64,000 nucleotides of DNA from a bacterium (GTDB taxonomy: Bacteria > Desulfobacterota > S145-22). The notes below the pieces were generated by a model. It was not told where the DNA came from. It saw nothing but the letters and a program-made list of their open reading frames with translations, and did not search any database. Below, piece after piece: positions 63,067 to 64,000 of the stretch (position 1 is the stretch's first letter; each line of letters starts with the position of its first letter). Where the stretch lies: NCBI GenBank assembly GCA_026986155.1, contig JALSPC010000165.1:7870-71869 (forward strand), read 5' to 3'. The position numbers and the translations under genes are program-made.

Positions 63067-64000
63067 ATGCAAGCGGATTTCGGATACTACGAGGAAGGAC
63101 ACCTGGGCAAACCGTACGACTTGCGGTTATTGCGGCGGCTCTACCGGTTTGTTCGCCCCTACCGGAAATGGTTTGTGCTCTCCGTCCTGTTGGCCCTTTT
63201 GACGACCGCGGTGGATCTTTCCTTTCCCTACCTGGTCAAGGAGGCCATCGACCGCTACATCGTCCGGATGTCCTATCCCGTCCGGGTCAGGGCCCTGAAA
63301 GGGAAAAAGGGGAAGGCGTTTTCCGCCGTTGCCATCGTTCCGACCGCCGATCCCGACGTCGGGATGCTGCCCGGGAGGGATTTCAAGCGGATGGATCCCC
63401 GCGCGCGGCGCCGCTTGATACGCGCCGGCCTCATCGCTGAGACCCCCTTCGTGGCCCTTCCGGCGGACGCGTCGATTCGACGGATTTTGAGGGAGAAAGG
63501 GGAGGCCCTCTACCAGGGGCGGGGGACACTCTATATCCCCTACCGAGCCCTAAAGTGGATTCCCGCCCGGCAGCTGGTGCGGTTGCGCGCCGAGAACCTG
63601 CGCGGGGTAGGTCTCATCGCAGGCATCTACCTGATTTTGCTGATGTTGGGGTTCGTCTTCCAGTTTTTCCAGGTCGTGGCCCTGGAGACGATGGGGCAGC
63701 GGGTCATGCAGGACCTGCGGGTGTCCCTCATCCGTCACCTCCTGCGCCTGGAGGTCGCCTTTTTCGACCGGACCCCCGTGGGCCGCCTCGTGACCCGCGC
63801 CACTAACGACATAGAGAACCTCCACGACCTCTTCACGGCCATTCTGGTGAACCAGTTCAAGGACATCTTCATCCTCCTCGGGATCCTGGCGATCCTGCTG
63901 AAGATCCAGCCCCGCCTCGCCCTCTACGTGGTCGCTCTCCTTCCTCTGGTGGCGGTGGTAAGTTTCCTCTTCAGCCGCTGGGCCCGGGATGTTTTCCGGG
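63067..64000 (+). CDS. ABC transporter ATP-binding/permease fusion, second half-transporter (3' end outside window)
   Basis: ATG at 63067 directly abuts the previous stop. Exporter TMD motifs (…TRATNDIENL…). Open to the window end. Carries a ~110-aa hydrophilic insertion after TM1. Confidence 0.78.
   Translation, partial: MQADFGYYEEGHLGKPYDLRLLRRLYRFVRPYRKWFVLSVLLALLTTAVDLSFPYLVKEAIDRYIVRMSYPVRVRALKGKKGKAFSAVAIVPTADPDVGMLPGRDFKRMDPRARRRLIRAGLIAETPFVALPADASIRRILREKGEALYQGRGTLYIPYRALKWIPARQLVRLRAENLRGVGLIAGIYLILLMLGFVFQFFQVVALETMGQRVMQDLRVSLIRHLLRLEVAFFDRTPVGRLVTRATNDIENLHDLFTAILVNQFKDIFILLGILAILLKIQPRLALYVVALLPLVAVVSFLFSRWARDVFR

Overview
This is a high-GC (~60-62%) bacterial chromosomal segment, densely coding on both strands. 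The gene content suggests an anaerobic, possibly syntroph-like deltaproteobacterium; that is inference only. I recognised no rRNA, tRNA, CRISPR array, integrase or transposase.

Gene content, in order:
- pstC (3' end)-pstA-pstB-phoU phosphate uptake operon.
- A ~2.3 kb low-GC islet carrying a self-contained three-gene cassette (orphan receiver protein plus two small unknowns).
- ddaH-like amidinohydrolase and a MidA-type methyltransferase.
- A second low-GC stretch with a SEC-C-motif protein split by a T10 homopolymer.
- A MarR-controlled RND efflux operon (outer membrane factor, membrane fusion protein, RND pump), with rnc overlapping its 3' end, then a radical SAM gene.
- A NifU/IscU-like scaffold (minus strand), mfd, and two PPIC-type peptidyl-prolyl isomerases.
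- A thiolase / acyl-CoA dehydrogenase / two-subunit CoA-transferase module, followed directly by a TAXI-family TRAP transporter.
- A minus-strand operon encoding a fused MEMO1-AMMECR1 protein plus a CheY-like receiver, then dtd and an EF-G paralog.
- An NMT1-like ABC substrate-binding protein and a complete Liv-type branched-chain amino acid ABC transporter.
- An XRE-cupin regulator followed by a transketolase-family enzyme and an agmatinase-family ureohydrolase.
- A DMT transporter, then dnaJ-hspR translationally overlapped with comEC.
- Convergent katG with an upstream Fur/PerR-family regulator.
- A peptide-type ABC importer flanked by two M20 hydrolases.
- A pair of fused ABC exporters; the last is truncated by the window end.

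The most likely undescribed element is the AT-rich three-gene cassette between phoU and ddaH (3573-5002).
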